Part shown: positions 32,607 to 41,820 of the stretch, piece by piece
How the letters are laid out: each line of letters opens with the position of its first letter
Numbering within the stretch: the stretch's first letter is position 1
From: a bacterium
GTDB lineage: Bacteria; Zhuqueibacterota; Zhuqueibacteria; Residuimicrobiales; Krinioviventaceae
Reading direction: 5' to 3'
DNA length: 64,000 bases
Assembly: GCA_963675755.2 (NCBI GenBank)
Contig: CAXXMD010000002.1
Span: 1,984,001-2,048,000 of the forward strand
Translations under genes and position numbers: made by a program
Notes under the pieces: model-generated
What the model saw: the letters and a program-made list of their open reading frames with translations, nothing else
What the model was told of the DNA's origin: nothing
Database searches by the model: none

Positions 32607-33518
32607 TCATTTATTGATTTTAAATTGAAAAACATCAGGCCTGTTATAGTGGCCTGCCGCATCAAACATCCTTTTCGATACCGTTATCAAATCAAGATCA
32701 ATTTCAGCATAGAGTATTTCTTCTTTTTCTCCAACCGGACCCGCAATGATTTCTCCTTGTGGATTGATGATACAGCTGTTTCCTGCATTAATCCAATCTC
32801 TTCCTTCCGGATACAAGGATTTAAAATCATACCGGTCTGGAATATCATCTATTTGCAAAGCCATACAACAGCTAATAACAAACAAACCTCCTTCCCGTGC
32901 TATATACTGCATGGCTAAAAGCCAATTATTACTCTTGTCCCATGTTGGTGCAGCTAAAATTTGAGTTCCTGCCTGGTACATTGACATTCTTGCCAACGGC
33001 ATAAAATTCTCCCAACAGATCAAACCACCCAGCCTGGCAAAAGATGTATCAAATGCATGTAAAGTTGAGCCATCTCCCTGGGCCCATATAAGCCGTTCTC
33101 CTCCCGTTGGCATCAATTTCCTATGTTTACCCATGATCTCTCCCTTGTCATCGATAAACAACATTGTATTATAAAGACTTGAATTACTGGATTCGCTGTT
33201 ACGCTCGTTTATCCCCATAACCACATATATACCGGCCTTTTTTGCAGCTTTACAGAGTTGTTCCGTGGAATTGTCCGGAATACTGACAGCATTATTTATC
33301 AATTCCTTGTACAATTCATTTAAAACAGCACCTTTGCTGTTTGGCACAAGCCAAACCCAATCCGGATAACCAGCAATAAATGCTTCGGGAAAAACGATCA
33401 GTTTGGCTCCCTGTTGACCTGCTTTTTCAATAATATCGCATGCTTTATTAACCGTTTCAGTCTTATTCAAAAAAACCGGGGACACTTGGGCGGCTGCCAC
33501 TAGAATCTTTTCGTTCAT
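32607..33518 (-). CDS. nitrilase (carbon-nitrogen hydrolase)
   Basis: Catalytic triad FPEA / HRKLMPT / ICWEN, and GHYNRPDVF. An alternative upstream start exists at 33581. Confidence 0.92.
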   Translation of the reverse strand: MNEKILVAAAQVSPVFLNKTETVNKACDIIEKAGQQGAKLIVFPEAFIAGYPDWVWLVPNSKGAVLNELYKELINNAVSIPDNSTEQLCKAAKKAGIYVVMGINERNSESSNSSLYNTMLFIDDKGEIMGKHRKLMPTGGERLIWAQGDGSTLHAFDTSFARLGGLICWENFMPLARMSMYQAGTQILAAPTWDKSNNWLLAMQYIAREGGLFVISCCMALQIDDIPDRYDFKSLYPEGRDWINAGNSCIINPQGEIIAGPVGEKEEILYAEIDLDLITVSKRMFDAAGHYNRPDVFQFKINK

Positions 33519-33943
33519 AGAAACTCCTTTTGCAGAGTACAAGAAAACAATTACAATAAAGACAAATTGCAACCGATGCATTACAAACTCCTTATCATTC
33601 AGGTTAAAATGATGAATCATCTGTTTACAATTAAACTGTGCGGATATTTTTATTTTTTAAATTTAAATTATGCTGTTTTGAAGAAAAGAAGATTGAAAGG
33701 AATAAAACAACTTTTAGGAATCAACAAAATGCACTCAAACAGCATCAAACAAAGACCAAAAACATTCAATCCAAGAACTGAATTCAATTCAGGACAGGGT
33801 ATAGTTAACAGCGGCAAATAACAAATTATTCTCACACTATGGATATAATATTAAATAGTTGCAAAATAAGCAGAGTTTAAGATTGAATAATGGATTAACA
33901 AAATGGATTCTACAGGTGCAGTTATTATGGGTTGGAATTTTTG

Positions 33944-33977
33944 ACCCACCGGGAGATTTGCTCTCCCGGTAGGTTTT
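33944..33977. terminator. hairpin at the end of the phage-like operon
   Basis: ACCGGGAGA-tttgc-TCTCCCGGT directly after the last gene's stop. The T-tract is on the + strand, so orientation is uncertain. Confidence 0.55.
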
Positions 33978-33980
33978 ATA

Positions 33981-34256
33981 TCAGTCCCCATCCACATTGG
34001 CCAGCGGCACTTTGAATTCACCGGCAACGGATTCGATTACGGATTTTACCGCGCTTACGGCGGCATCGTCCAGTTCTGTTCCTGAACGCTCGCTGAGCGG
34101 CTCCAACTCCGCATCCACAACAGGATAAAGCGTTGCAAGTGCAACAGCACCATGCTCGGGTTCACGCTCCATTAATGATTGCAGGAGCGGTTTTAACACC
34201 TGTTCCAATGCCAGTTTAATCACCGGTGCCAGCAAATTCAACAATTGTTCTTTCAT
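33981..34256 (-). CDS. small helical protein at the end of the phage-like operon (possible lysis accessory)
   Basis: Strong AAGGGGAG RBS, 91 aa with an amphipathic N-terminus. Function inferred from position only. Confidence 0.55.
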   Translation of the reverse strand: MKEQLLNLLAPVIKLALEQVLKPLLQSLMEREPEHGAVALATLYPVVDAELEPLSERSGTELDDAAVSAVKSVIESVAGEFKVPLANVDGD

Positions 34257-34318
34257 GTGTTCTCCCCTTTACGAGTTGATTAATCACTATGAGGATTCCC
34301 CCCTTGTGAGGTACACCA

Positions 34319-34540
34319 TCATTTTTTATGTACCGACTTTAATCTCGTCAGCATCTGTTTTTCTCTTACCAGCGCGTCACCCCCTTCTTTTAACCGGCCC
34401 CGCTTTTCCCCCAATCCAAAAGTCATCCACACAAAACCGGCTTTGCACAACCAGGGCGATATCGTTTGTCCCGCCCCCGGAATAAAATTCACCGCTCCCC
34501 CCAAGCCCAAAAGCAGCAATCCCGTCAACGTTTTTGGCAA
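34319..34540 (-). CDS. holin-like small membrane protein
   Basis: AGGAGG RBS with TTG start, two hydrophobic segments, basic C-terminus, position after the tail genes. Confidence 0.45.
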   Translation of the reverse strand: MPKTLTGLLLLGLGGAVNFIPGAGQTISPWLCKAGFVWMTFGLGEKRGRLKEGGDALVREKQMLTRLKSVHKK

Positions 34541-34556
34541 ATCTCCTCCTTTCTTT

Positions 34557-34940
34557 TTATTGTTCTACAAATTTCAATTCTATATCCCGTTTGGCTTCAT
34601 CCAATCCCCCTGTATAATATTCAGGTATTTCACACGCCATTCTCACAGCAATATTTACAGATTCCCCCTTAACATTGCAATATTGCAACTGCATCAGCTC
34701 GTCGTTACCCGCAAGCTTTGCCAGTTTATCAAACGTTGATCGTCTTGCGGTCCGAATGGAACAAGTATAAACATCATATGCCTGCCCATATCGCAGAATG
34801 AATGGCCTGCGATTCTGCAGCCGTTTCAATGTAAACGGTTGAATGATTCTGACTTTTAGGGACCGTACTTCATCCGAATAAAAAGTTAATGTGACAGATT
34901 CCCCTCCACCGGGTACGGTTATATACAATGCTTCTGTCAT
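34557..34940 (-). CDS. distal tail (Dit)-like protein, paralog of 37936-38319
   Basis: 127 aa, ATGA-coupled to the hub gene; shares FY.DEVR and a C-terminal L.(F/L).E with 37936-38319. Confidence 0.5.
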   Translation of the reverse strand: MTEALYITVPGGGESVTLTFYSDEVRSLKVRIIQPFTLKRLQNRRPFILRYGQAYDVYTCSIRTARRSTFDKLAKLAGNDELMQLQYCNVKGESVNIAVRMACEIPEYYTGGLDEAKRDIELKFVEQ

Positions 34941-37900
34941 ATTGATATCTCCTGCTCATGGGTAATATCATATCCCTTCAACAGCACTTCAATCCCATCA
35001 GTAAATGATATCTGTTTACCGGTAACCCGAATATATCGATCCAATTCAGGTTTTTCACTCTGTACATGCAGCACATCACCAATCTCGATGGGGATTCCCT
35101 GCAAGTTCAACCGACACTGAATCACCAGTACCCCAAAAGCCCACATTTCATATAATTCCGAGACCAGCAAAGCAACGGATTCCGATGCAAAATAACCCGG
35201 CAGATCAAGTTGAGCGCTTTGCAGCAAACCGGATTGCAATTGGCTGAAAGGAATATCCGTTGGGCCGGTATATATAGATCTGAAAAAATAGGTATTGTTA
35301 TCATAATCATATCCATAGCGCAATTGCCATGAATTCACCCGTTCCCTAGAACCCATTTCCGTCCCGGGTAATAAATTGGTATCCCCACTTGTATCTACGA
35401 CTGGTGCCTCACAACGACGATGCACAAATAACCGTTCAACACCCCAGTTATCATTATACAAGAATCCATTCAAATGCTGTGCAACACATTCCAATGCCTG
35501 CAAAACAGACATGTCCCGCTCTAACGATAAACTGATATGCAATCCATTATCCTCACACCAGAGATATTCACGATCAAAATTATAATTGGGGTCAGGCAGG
35601 TCCCTTTTTTTGATATAAACATCACTTCCACACGTCAAATCCTCACCAAAAGGATTATTAACAGATACCCGAATACATGGAGGATATGATGCCTGAACAT
35701 CGTTGCCAGAGGCAATAACAAACTCCAGTCCCCCAATTATTAAAATTTCTCCGGTTTGTATTTTCACAGGTGCCGTTACCGCAACATTTATCTCTGTATT
35801 GCCTGCATCAACATCCTCAGCCAACACTCCAATTCGCTTTTGTTCAAAAAAGGATGAAGCCGCAATTAAATGCTGAGGTGTCTCTGCATGTTCACGTAAC
35901 AATTGATAGATAACAGAAACCGGATTAACATCCACCCAGATTCTACCTGTTTTGAATGAAACCTTGTTCCCGCTTCGGGTGGTCCCGTTCCAGGCTGATG
36001 CCAGAATAACAAGCTGATCACCGCCCTGTACCGTATCAAAAGAAAAACCCAGTCTGTAAATCGTCAATCCATCACGTTCCATTATATATGCATATTCACC
36101 ATCCATGGCAATGGCATTGGCATTTCTCAGATAAAAGGGGCCATCCGCTCCACGTATGGTTTCAATCAACCTGGCATTGAATGGATCAGAAATATCAATT
36201 ACACTCAACGCATGATTGATGGAAGACACACTGAACAACCGGTCTCCCTCAATCGTAAACGCCATTCCCGAGCTGTACCAGGGGGAGCCGGCACTGCCAA
36301 ATTCTGTTGCGGTAAAAGGATTTTCAATATCACTGATATCGATCACTAATATTCTACCGTATCGTCCTTTAACAAAGGCATAGTTTCCGGATATTCTCAC
36401 AGAATAGCCGCCTTCGTCAATGGCGAGTGTGGTCACCAGCACCGGATTACCCGGTGCGTCAATATCAATGATCACAAGACGATTATCATGACTTGAAACT
36501 GTCAAAAGATAGTGGTCCGTAATATCAAAATCCCACAAACCCTGCATATAATTTGGTGATCCCATTCCTCCAAATCTTGATAAATATTGAATATTGAACG
36601 GATCATCGACATCGAACACACATACCGTATCTTGTCCCTGCACATATAAAAAATGGCCGTTCAATTTGCATTTCACCGCAAAAAAATCTTCCGGCACTCC
36701 TTCAGTCCCGGCGGTTTTGGTATCAATCAACACAGGATTATAAGGATCTGAAACATAAAAACACTTTAATTTGCCAATAAACGATCCACTGTTGATATCA
36801 ACGTATGCAACATACACATTATTGGATATTTTCTCTACTGCTGCATAAATACAGCTATCAGCAAATGAAATAGATGAACATTGTACAGGACTTGCAGGAT
36901 CACTCACATCCAGAATGACCAGTTTGCCTGTTTCCACAACCGGAGTGAAAACCCAATCCAGATCTTTAACCAGGTCCCATGCAAAACCCATATCATTATC
37001 CGGGCCGTTATACCTCCCGGTCATTCCATAATATCTGTCATAAACACGCCCATCCATTCCGGGCCCGGATAATGTATATTTTGTATTTGTGATAAAATCC
37101 AGCTGCCATTTACCTGGACGGCAGCCCGCTTGTGGGAAAATGGATTCACGCTCCAGATCGCATGATGCGTCATCATTCCAACGGATGCTAGAAGCGCCGG
37201 AATGCTCTCCACTCACGCACAATAATCGTGATGTTTCGTCCGAATCTACACCCACCAGTGCTCTGTCCAGCTTGCTTTTCCGCGAATCTACCAGAACCAT
37301 CCGAATAGCCCCGGCCAAAACTTCGGGCACTTTGAGTATCCGTCCCCGGAACAAAACCATGGGCTGCGCTGCACCCGCAAGATGCAGTCTGACCTGCACC
37401 TCTGTATTCTCTGGCATTTGCGAAAACAGATAGCCTCCCCGGGGCATATAAAAAGCCAGTGGCTCGGCAAGTGTGATCCTGTCCGTATGATTGTCGGCAG
37501 TATAACTCAATATTTCTACAATTTGCTGTTGCACCGAACCATAAAAATAATCTTCACCATACAGTACAATGCGTTCTCCCGATGCGTAGGTTACGCCTTC
37601 CTGATGCTGAATCAAAAGTTCGGAACTCCCGAATTCAGCAGCTTCCGCAACAATACTTTTGGCATGATGAAACGGGCTGGCTGGATTTATGGGTGACAGC
37701 GAGCCATCAGGATCAGCAATCTCTATCTCTACATCCCGCAAAACAGAACGTCCACCCCATTGCGGATCCATATCTCTGCTATTATCAAGAGGACTGATAT
37801 GGACGATACTGTTTTGTCCATCAATAACAATTCCCCTCTCTTCAGGGTCAACCAACAGGTCCAGATAATATTGCTGTCCTGCTGCATTTTCCAGTTCCTG

Positions 37901-37945
37901 CTGCCAGTCCAAAGGTAAGGTTTTATAATCCGGCATTATTCGCAC
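34937..37945 (-). CDS. tail tip/hub protein with an inserted LVIVD-repeat beta-propeller
   Basis: N-terminal hub-like LFRGRILKVP..IRMVLVD; central LVILDVSDP / LVIIDIDAP / ILVIDISD / LSVIDISDP repeats; C-terminal VNSWQLRYGYD..IEIGDVLHV..RVTG resembling phage tail/host-specificity domains. Confidence 0.65.
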   Translation of the reverse strand: MRIMPDYKTLPLDWQQELENAAGQQYYLDLLVDPEERGIVIDGQNSIVHISPLDNSRDMDPQWGGRSVLRDVEIEIADPDGSLSPINPASPFHHAKSIVAEAAEFGSSELLIQHQEGVTYASGERIVLYGEDYFYGSVQQQIVEILSYTADNHTDRITLAEPLAFYMPRGGYLFSQMPENTEVQVRLHLAGAAQPMVLFRGRILKVPEVLAGAIRMVLVDSRKSKLDRALVGVDSDETSRLLCVSGEHSGASSIRWNDDASCDLERESIFPQAGCRPGKWQLDFITNTKYTLSGPGMDGRVYDRYYGMTGRYNGPDNDMGFAWDLVKDLDWVFTPVVETGKLVILDVSDPASPVQCSSISFADSCIYAAVEKISNNVYVAYVDINSGSFIGKLKCFYVSDPYNPVLIDTKTAGTEGVPEDFFAVKCKLNGHFLYVQGQDTVCVFDVDDPFNIQYLSRFGGMGSPNYMQGLWDFDITDHYLLTVSSHDNRLVIIDIDAPGNPVLVTTLAIDEGGYSVRISGNYAFVKGRYGRILVIDISDIENPFTATEFGSAGSPWYSSGMAFTIEGDRLFSVSSINHALSVIDISDPFNARLIETIRGADGPFYLRNANAIAMDGEYAYIMERDGLTIYRLGFSFDTVQGGDQLVILASAWNGTTRSGNKVSFKTGRIWVDVNPVSVIYQLLREHAETPQHLIAASSFFEQKRIGVLAEDVDAGNTEINVAVTAPVKIQTGEILIIGGLEFVIASGNDVQASYPPCIRVSVNNPFGEDLTCGSDVYIKKRDLPDPNYNFDREYLWCEDNGLHISLSLERDMSVLQALECVAQHLNGFLYNDNWGVERLFVHRRCEAPVVDTSGDTNLLPGTEMGSRERVNSWQLRYGYDYDNNTYFFRSIYTGPTDIPFSQLQSGLLQSAQLDLPGYFASESVALLVSELYEMWAFGVLVIQCRLNLQGIPIEIGDVLHVQSEKPELDRYIRVTGKQISFTDGIEVLLKGYDITHEQEISI

Positions 37946-38319
37946 TCCAACAAGGTCAATACAGTTTCTGATTTTGCCGCGGATTGATGCCCAAACAAAA
38001 TCGTTTTTTCAAATTCAGGATACAGAATGCATTTCAGCTCAAGATCAGGATTTTTCCCAACAGCATAATGGACTGTCATCACATCCCTGATTGCCGTCAA
38101 TGTTTGGATACGCTCTGCCGAATCAGCATATATATCACAAATACGCATTTGAAGCGTATTCCATACGCCCCCTTCTGTCTCAATACCTGGGACCGTATTG
38201 CCATTTTCACGGACCTGTTGAAAGCGCAGAGGTTGTTTAATCACATCCCGTACCTCATCCCGATAAAATTGAATGGTATTTTCACCATACGCTACAGTGA
38301 CTGCCACATCCCTGCTCAT
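37936..38319 (-). CDS. distal tail (Dit)-like protein
   Basis: 127 aa, immediately before the hub gene, in the canonical Dit position. Confidence 0.5.
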   Translation of the reverse strand: MSRDVAVTVAYGENTIQFYRDEVRDVIKQPLRFQQVRENGNTVPGIETEGGVWNTLQMRICDIYADSAERIQTLTAIRDVMTVHYAVGKNPDLELKCILYPEFEKTILFGHQSAAKSETVLTLLECE

Positions 38320-38489
38320 GCGAACGGTCCCGCTGGTGGTTCAAAATAGCGTTCACGATATTTTATTCGCTGATAAACCCTGTCATCAATCCAGCTTTCA
38401 CGGTCTCTGTTTTGTTTATGCTCCAGAGAAGAGGTAACACCAGGAACAATTCTGGAATCCAATCCCAATGGCTGCTTTATTACGTTCAT
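38316..38489 (-). CDS. 57-aa protein in the tape-measure position
   Basis: Translated by hand: MNVIKQPLGLDSRIVPGVTSSLEHKQNRDRESWIDDRVYQRIKYRERYFEPPAGPFA. GGGGG RBS; ATGA overlaps with both neighbours; below the ORF-track cutoff. Confidence 0.65.
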   Translation of the reverse strand: MNVIKQPLGLDSRIVPGVTSSLEHKQNRDRESWIDDRVYQRIKYRERYFEPPAGPFA

Positions 38490-39295
38490 ATTTCCCCCTG
38501 TTCAGCAATAAATTTTCCATATACAACACGTATATCTGCATTTACCAGTGGAGCAGTATCGAACGCCAGTGCCTGCCCGTTCAACTCTATTCCGTCAGTC
38601 ACATATCTGCCCCAAGTACCTCCCGGCGTTGTTATTACCAGAGCCGCAATCGCCGGATGCGGCCAGCTTTCCGGAATATCAATATCCGGATTCAACAATT
38701 CAACTGGTTGCGTGGATAATTGAAATACCGTGGATGTACCATCCCCCGTAAACCGGTCCGTTCGCAATTCCACTCCCGCGGGAATCCGAAACGGCATCCG
38801 GGTTGATGTAAAGGGAATATCCATAAAATTACATCCATCTACAACCAACGTCCCGGGACTCTCGAGTACAATTTCCGGAAAAACGAAACTGAACTTGTGC
38901 TGCAACGTCTCTGTTCGATATACAGCCTCTAATGCTCCGGCTAGTCGATTATTCATAGTCATGGGAAACAGGAAGGGACCACTGGCAGCCAGCTCCAATC
39001 CAAGCGCAGCATCGAGCAGCTCACCCGCGCAGCTTGACAACATCCGGATTGCACCCCGGTATGCGTAATCAAACCCCAGTGGATGCGGTTCTTCATCATC
39101 CACTCCAAACACCTGCCTGACCTCTGCGGCGGCATAGGGATCCGTTTTCACACGCTCAACACCCTGCAAGTACAAGGGAGCAACGGGTATTGCCGAATCT
39201 CCAAGAGCCGGATGAAATCGAAACAATACATCTTTGCCCTGTAAACATTGTTGCGGTCCTGGTGCTGGTAACCGTTCAGTTAATGACATAATCAT
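38486..39295 (-). CDS. probable major tail (tube) protein with a C-terminal accessory domain
   Basis: Follows the terminator-like gene; beta-rich; C-terminal DRFTGDGTSTVFQLS motif common in phage tail proteins. Confidence 0.55.
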   Translation of the reverse strand: MIMSLTERLPAPGPQQCLQGKDVLFRFHPALGDSAIPVAPLYLQGVERVKTDPYAAAEVRQVFGVDDEEPHPLGFDYAYRGAIRMLSSCAGELLDAALGLELAASGPFLFPMTMNNRLAGALEAVYRTETLQHKFSFVFPEIVLESPGTLVVDGCNFMDIPFTSTRMPFRIPAGVELRTDRFTGDGTSTVFQLSTQPVELLNPDIDIPESWPHPAIAALVITTPGGTWGRYVTDGIELNGQALAFDTAPLVNADIRVVYGKFIAEQGEI

Positions 39296-39789
39296 TCCCC
39301 CTGCCTGACATTCAACTCAATTCTGAATTTACTGTGGATCATATCCCGATTTGCATTATGTTCACACACAGGCCCCTCAGATCCTTTTATCTGGATCCCG
39401 TGTGTTGTCAATGTTTGTGCACTGTGTAATACACCTTTTAGCTCCACATTGAATGTCCGTGTATGCAAATCAAAAGGATTGGTAAAACAGGATAAAAGCT
39501 CGCTCAAAATCACCTGGTGCTCATCAATCCCCCCGCTTGCTGGATCATTCCACACGCCAATTGTCAACTCGAACAACAATAACGGTTCGCAGCCCAGATA
39601 ATTTTCTTGTCCGTTTAAAACCGGTGTATTTACATAAATAACCGGATGTTCTACATGGTCCTGTATATTTTTATGATTATAACCGGGTTCAATTCTACAT
39701 CCCCTCAATACAGCCGAATCCAGCGCAACTGCATTTAGCAGTGCCATAAAACACGATTGTATTTCTGTCAAAACTCTGTCTCTGTTCAT
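39292..39789 (-). CDS. probable tail terminator/completion protein
   Basis: Position between neck and tube genes; HPVIYV..FELTIGVW pattern; ATG 39789 with an AGGAG RBS. Confidence 0.5.
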   Translation of the reverse strand: MNRDRVLTEIQSCFMALLNAVALDSAVLRGCRIEPGYNHKNIQDHVEHPVIYVNTPVLNGQENYLGCEPLLLFELTIGVWNDPASGGIDEHQVILSELLSCFTNPFDLHTRTFNVELKGVLHSAQTLTTHGIQIKGSEGPVCEHNANRDMIHSKFRIELNVRQGE

Positions 39790-39793
39790 ATGC

Positions 39794-40258
39794 CTACTCC
39801 TGACCCTGTATTTGACGAAGAATTGCAAACTGGGCCACTTTTTCATCCGATGACAAAATCTCACTTTGCTTTAACCGATACCGGCAGCCATTGTACACAA
39901 AATAATCATTCAACAGGTCCAGTGTATTTAAATCCAGAAAAGTACCATCCTCTTCATTCACCGTTCCAATGATCATCATGTCCCGGGCAGTTACATTGCC
40001 CACAACCTGAAACTGTACAAAGGTTTTCACCATGGTATAGTTGAATACAAAGGCCTTTATGGACAATTCAGAAACGACAGTCCCTGTCCGCCCAACACCC
40101 TCGCAATCCGTATCAACAGGATGATTGCGATGCCATTCAGGCGAGTATACCCCGGTCTTTTCCGCACAGGGACAATTACTGCCGCCCCCATGTCGGACCA
40201 GCGTTAATCCGGTACCATAACGCAACACATCCTGACAAAATAATTGATGGTCAGTCAT
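39794..40258 (-). CDS. probable head-closure (stopper) protein
   Basis: Position after the adaptor; CPC..C motif; C-terminal DYFVYNGCRYRL typical of head-closure proteins. Confidence 0.55.
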   Translation of the reverse strand: MTDHQLFCQDVLRYGTGLTLVRHGGGSNCPCAEKTGVYSPEWHRNHPVDTDCEGVGRTGTVVSELSIKAFVFNYTMVKTFVQFQVVGNVTARDMMIIGTVNEEDGTFLDLNTLDLLNDYFVYNGCRYRLKQSEILSSDEKVAQFAILRQIQGQE

Positions 40259-40655
40259 ATTTGCTTCCCCCAAACGATCCGCTCCACCACGGCCCATGTT
40301 CTGAACATCCCAGCAAATTCAGATATTGCTGCCATTCCTCCATCAGCGTTTGACAGATTTGTGCCTTTTCCTGTGCGGAAACCGGTTTGATCTCTACAGG
40401 ACCGCTTTTACTGCCTCTGACCGGAGCCGAACTGACAACCTTGTGCGCAACAAAAGCAACCTGTGCCGCTTTTGCCAGCACCAGCTCTGATGCAGTCAAT
40501 CCTGCCAAGTCCAATCCGTTTTTATCCAGAACCAATTCCAACCAGGCATCCCCAGCTGGAATAAATGCGGTACCCGCAAGTTCCTGATCCGACACTTCCA
40601 GCTCCGTCATTGTCCGTAACCTTGCTCTTACATCCGCTGCTGTAATATTTGCCAT
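40251..40655 (-). CDS. probable head-tail adaptor protein
   Basis: ITAADVRARL helical N-terminus, KSGPVEI hairpin, position directly after the capsid gene. Confidence 0.6.
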   Translation of the reverse strand: MANITAADVRARLRTMTELEVSDQELAGTAFIPAGDAWLELVLDKNGLDLAGLTASELVLAKAAQVAFVAHKVVSSAPVRGSKSGPVEIKPVSAQEKAQICQTLMEEWQQYLNLLGCSEHGPWWSGSFGGSKYD

Positions 40656-40667
40656 ATTTTCACCTGT

Positions 40668-40700
40668 TTAAAAACAGGGGCGATTGACCGCCCCTGTAAA
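40668..40700 (-). terminator. intrinsic terminator after the capsid gene
   Basis: ACAGGGGCG-attgac-CGCCCCTGT stem; on the minus strand it is followed by TTTT. Confidence 0.75.
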
Positions 40701-40709
40701 ATGAAAGAA

Positions 40710-41795
40710 CTAACTGTGCTCAACCTCAAGACATCCAATAGCCTGTGGATCGATCACATCAAATGCACTTCGTTTCGATACCACAGTCCTTACCTGCTGC
40801 TTGGCGATGATTCGCTCGGTTTCGGTCAGATTCATGCTGTCATTGGTCACATACCCAATTGCATGTGCGGTATCGACTCCCACCAGTTTGTCCGAAGGAA
40901 CAATGTCCCGGTCCCATTCCACACCCCGTGGCAGAATCATACCGGTTTGTCCCCATTGCGCAACCGGATTCTGCATATCAGACAATGCATCCCTGAAATC
41001 GATCATATTGCTCTTGCGGCCCACAAACGCGTTCAAAGCATAAGGCTGCGGCAATGTGGATGCAAAGGTAATGATATCCTTTTTTACAATACTTCCGCTG
41101 GTAGCCGTCTGGCAGGTCTGCTCAGCTTTTAAACCATTATTGTTACCATCGCCGTTCAGCAGCGCATTCACAAGCGCGTCCGACTCATCAAGACCAATCT
41201 GTTTCCCGATACGTTGCAATGCCACCGCGTAAATATTGATTGGCGTTGCATAGATCACTTCATAATCGAACAAAATATTGCGACCAAATTTCGCCAGCGA
41301 GATGCTCTGCTTGCCGGCTTTGATCTGGGTCTGTGGAAACTCTGCGCCCCTCGCCGTTTTTTTCAACTCTCGTGATGCCTGGCTGTCTTCAAGATACAAT
41401 TTGCGGAAATCCAGCCCTGTAATAACCGAAGTTACCGCGACGAACTCGGGTACAATCGATGCCGACAACGCCCCCGCGTAAACGCGATTTGAAATAAATT
41501 CCGGAAACAGTACGCTGGTATCCGCACTCTGGAAAAATTTTTCCACCCGGTCAGTATGCATGCCAAACGCTTTGATATCGTGCGCCTGCAATGCCATCTC
41601 AAATGCCGACAACGGCGGGTCTTCTCCTTTGCGAAGGTATGAGAGCCGCTTTAATTCCTTTTCATAGTTGGCAAGTCCCCAATACTCGCTTGGCTGCTCA
41701 CCCTTTTCTACGCGGTACTCTTCAAGCCATTCACCAAAGGATTTACCCCGCCGTGCGGCTTCATCGTACATCCCGATTTCCAGTTTAAATGCCAT
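40710..41795 (-). CDS. major capsid protein (HK97-fold type)
   Basis: VEKFF..VLFPEFI, ARGAEFP, ISLAKFGRNILFDYEVI, E.ERII.KQ; size and position after protease and decoration genes; GGGGAG RBS before ATG 41795. Confidence 0.85.
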   Translation of the reverse strand: MAFKLEIGMYDEAARRGKSFGEWLEEYRVEKGEQPSEYWGLANYEKELKRLSYLRKGEDPPLSAFEMALQAHDIKAFGMHTDRVEKFFQSADTSVLFPEFISNRVYAGALSASIVPEFVAVTSVITGLDFRKLYLEDSQASRELKKTARGAEFPQTQIKAGKQSISLAKFGRNILFDYEVIYATPINIYAVALQRIGKQIGLDESDALVNALLNGDGNNNGLKAEQTCQTATSGSIVKKDIITFASTLPQPYALNAFVGRKSNMIDFRDALSDMQNPVAQWGQTGMILPRGVEWDRDIVPSDKLVGVDTAHAIGYVTNDSMNLTETERIIAKQQVRTVVSKRSAFDVIDPQAIGCLEVEHS

Positions 41796-41820
41796 GTAAA
41801 TTCTCCCCAATTTGATTTAA

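Noticed and set aside
33567-33821. 84-aa plus-strand ORF at the left edge of the phage-like module
   Set aside because: AT-rich, overlaps the nitrilase start region in antisense, and shows no recognisable motif or RBS.
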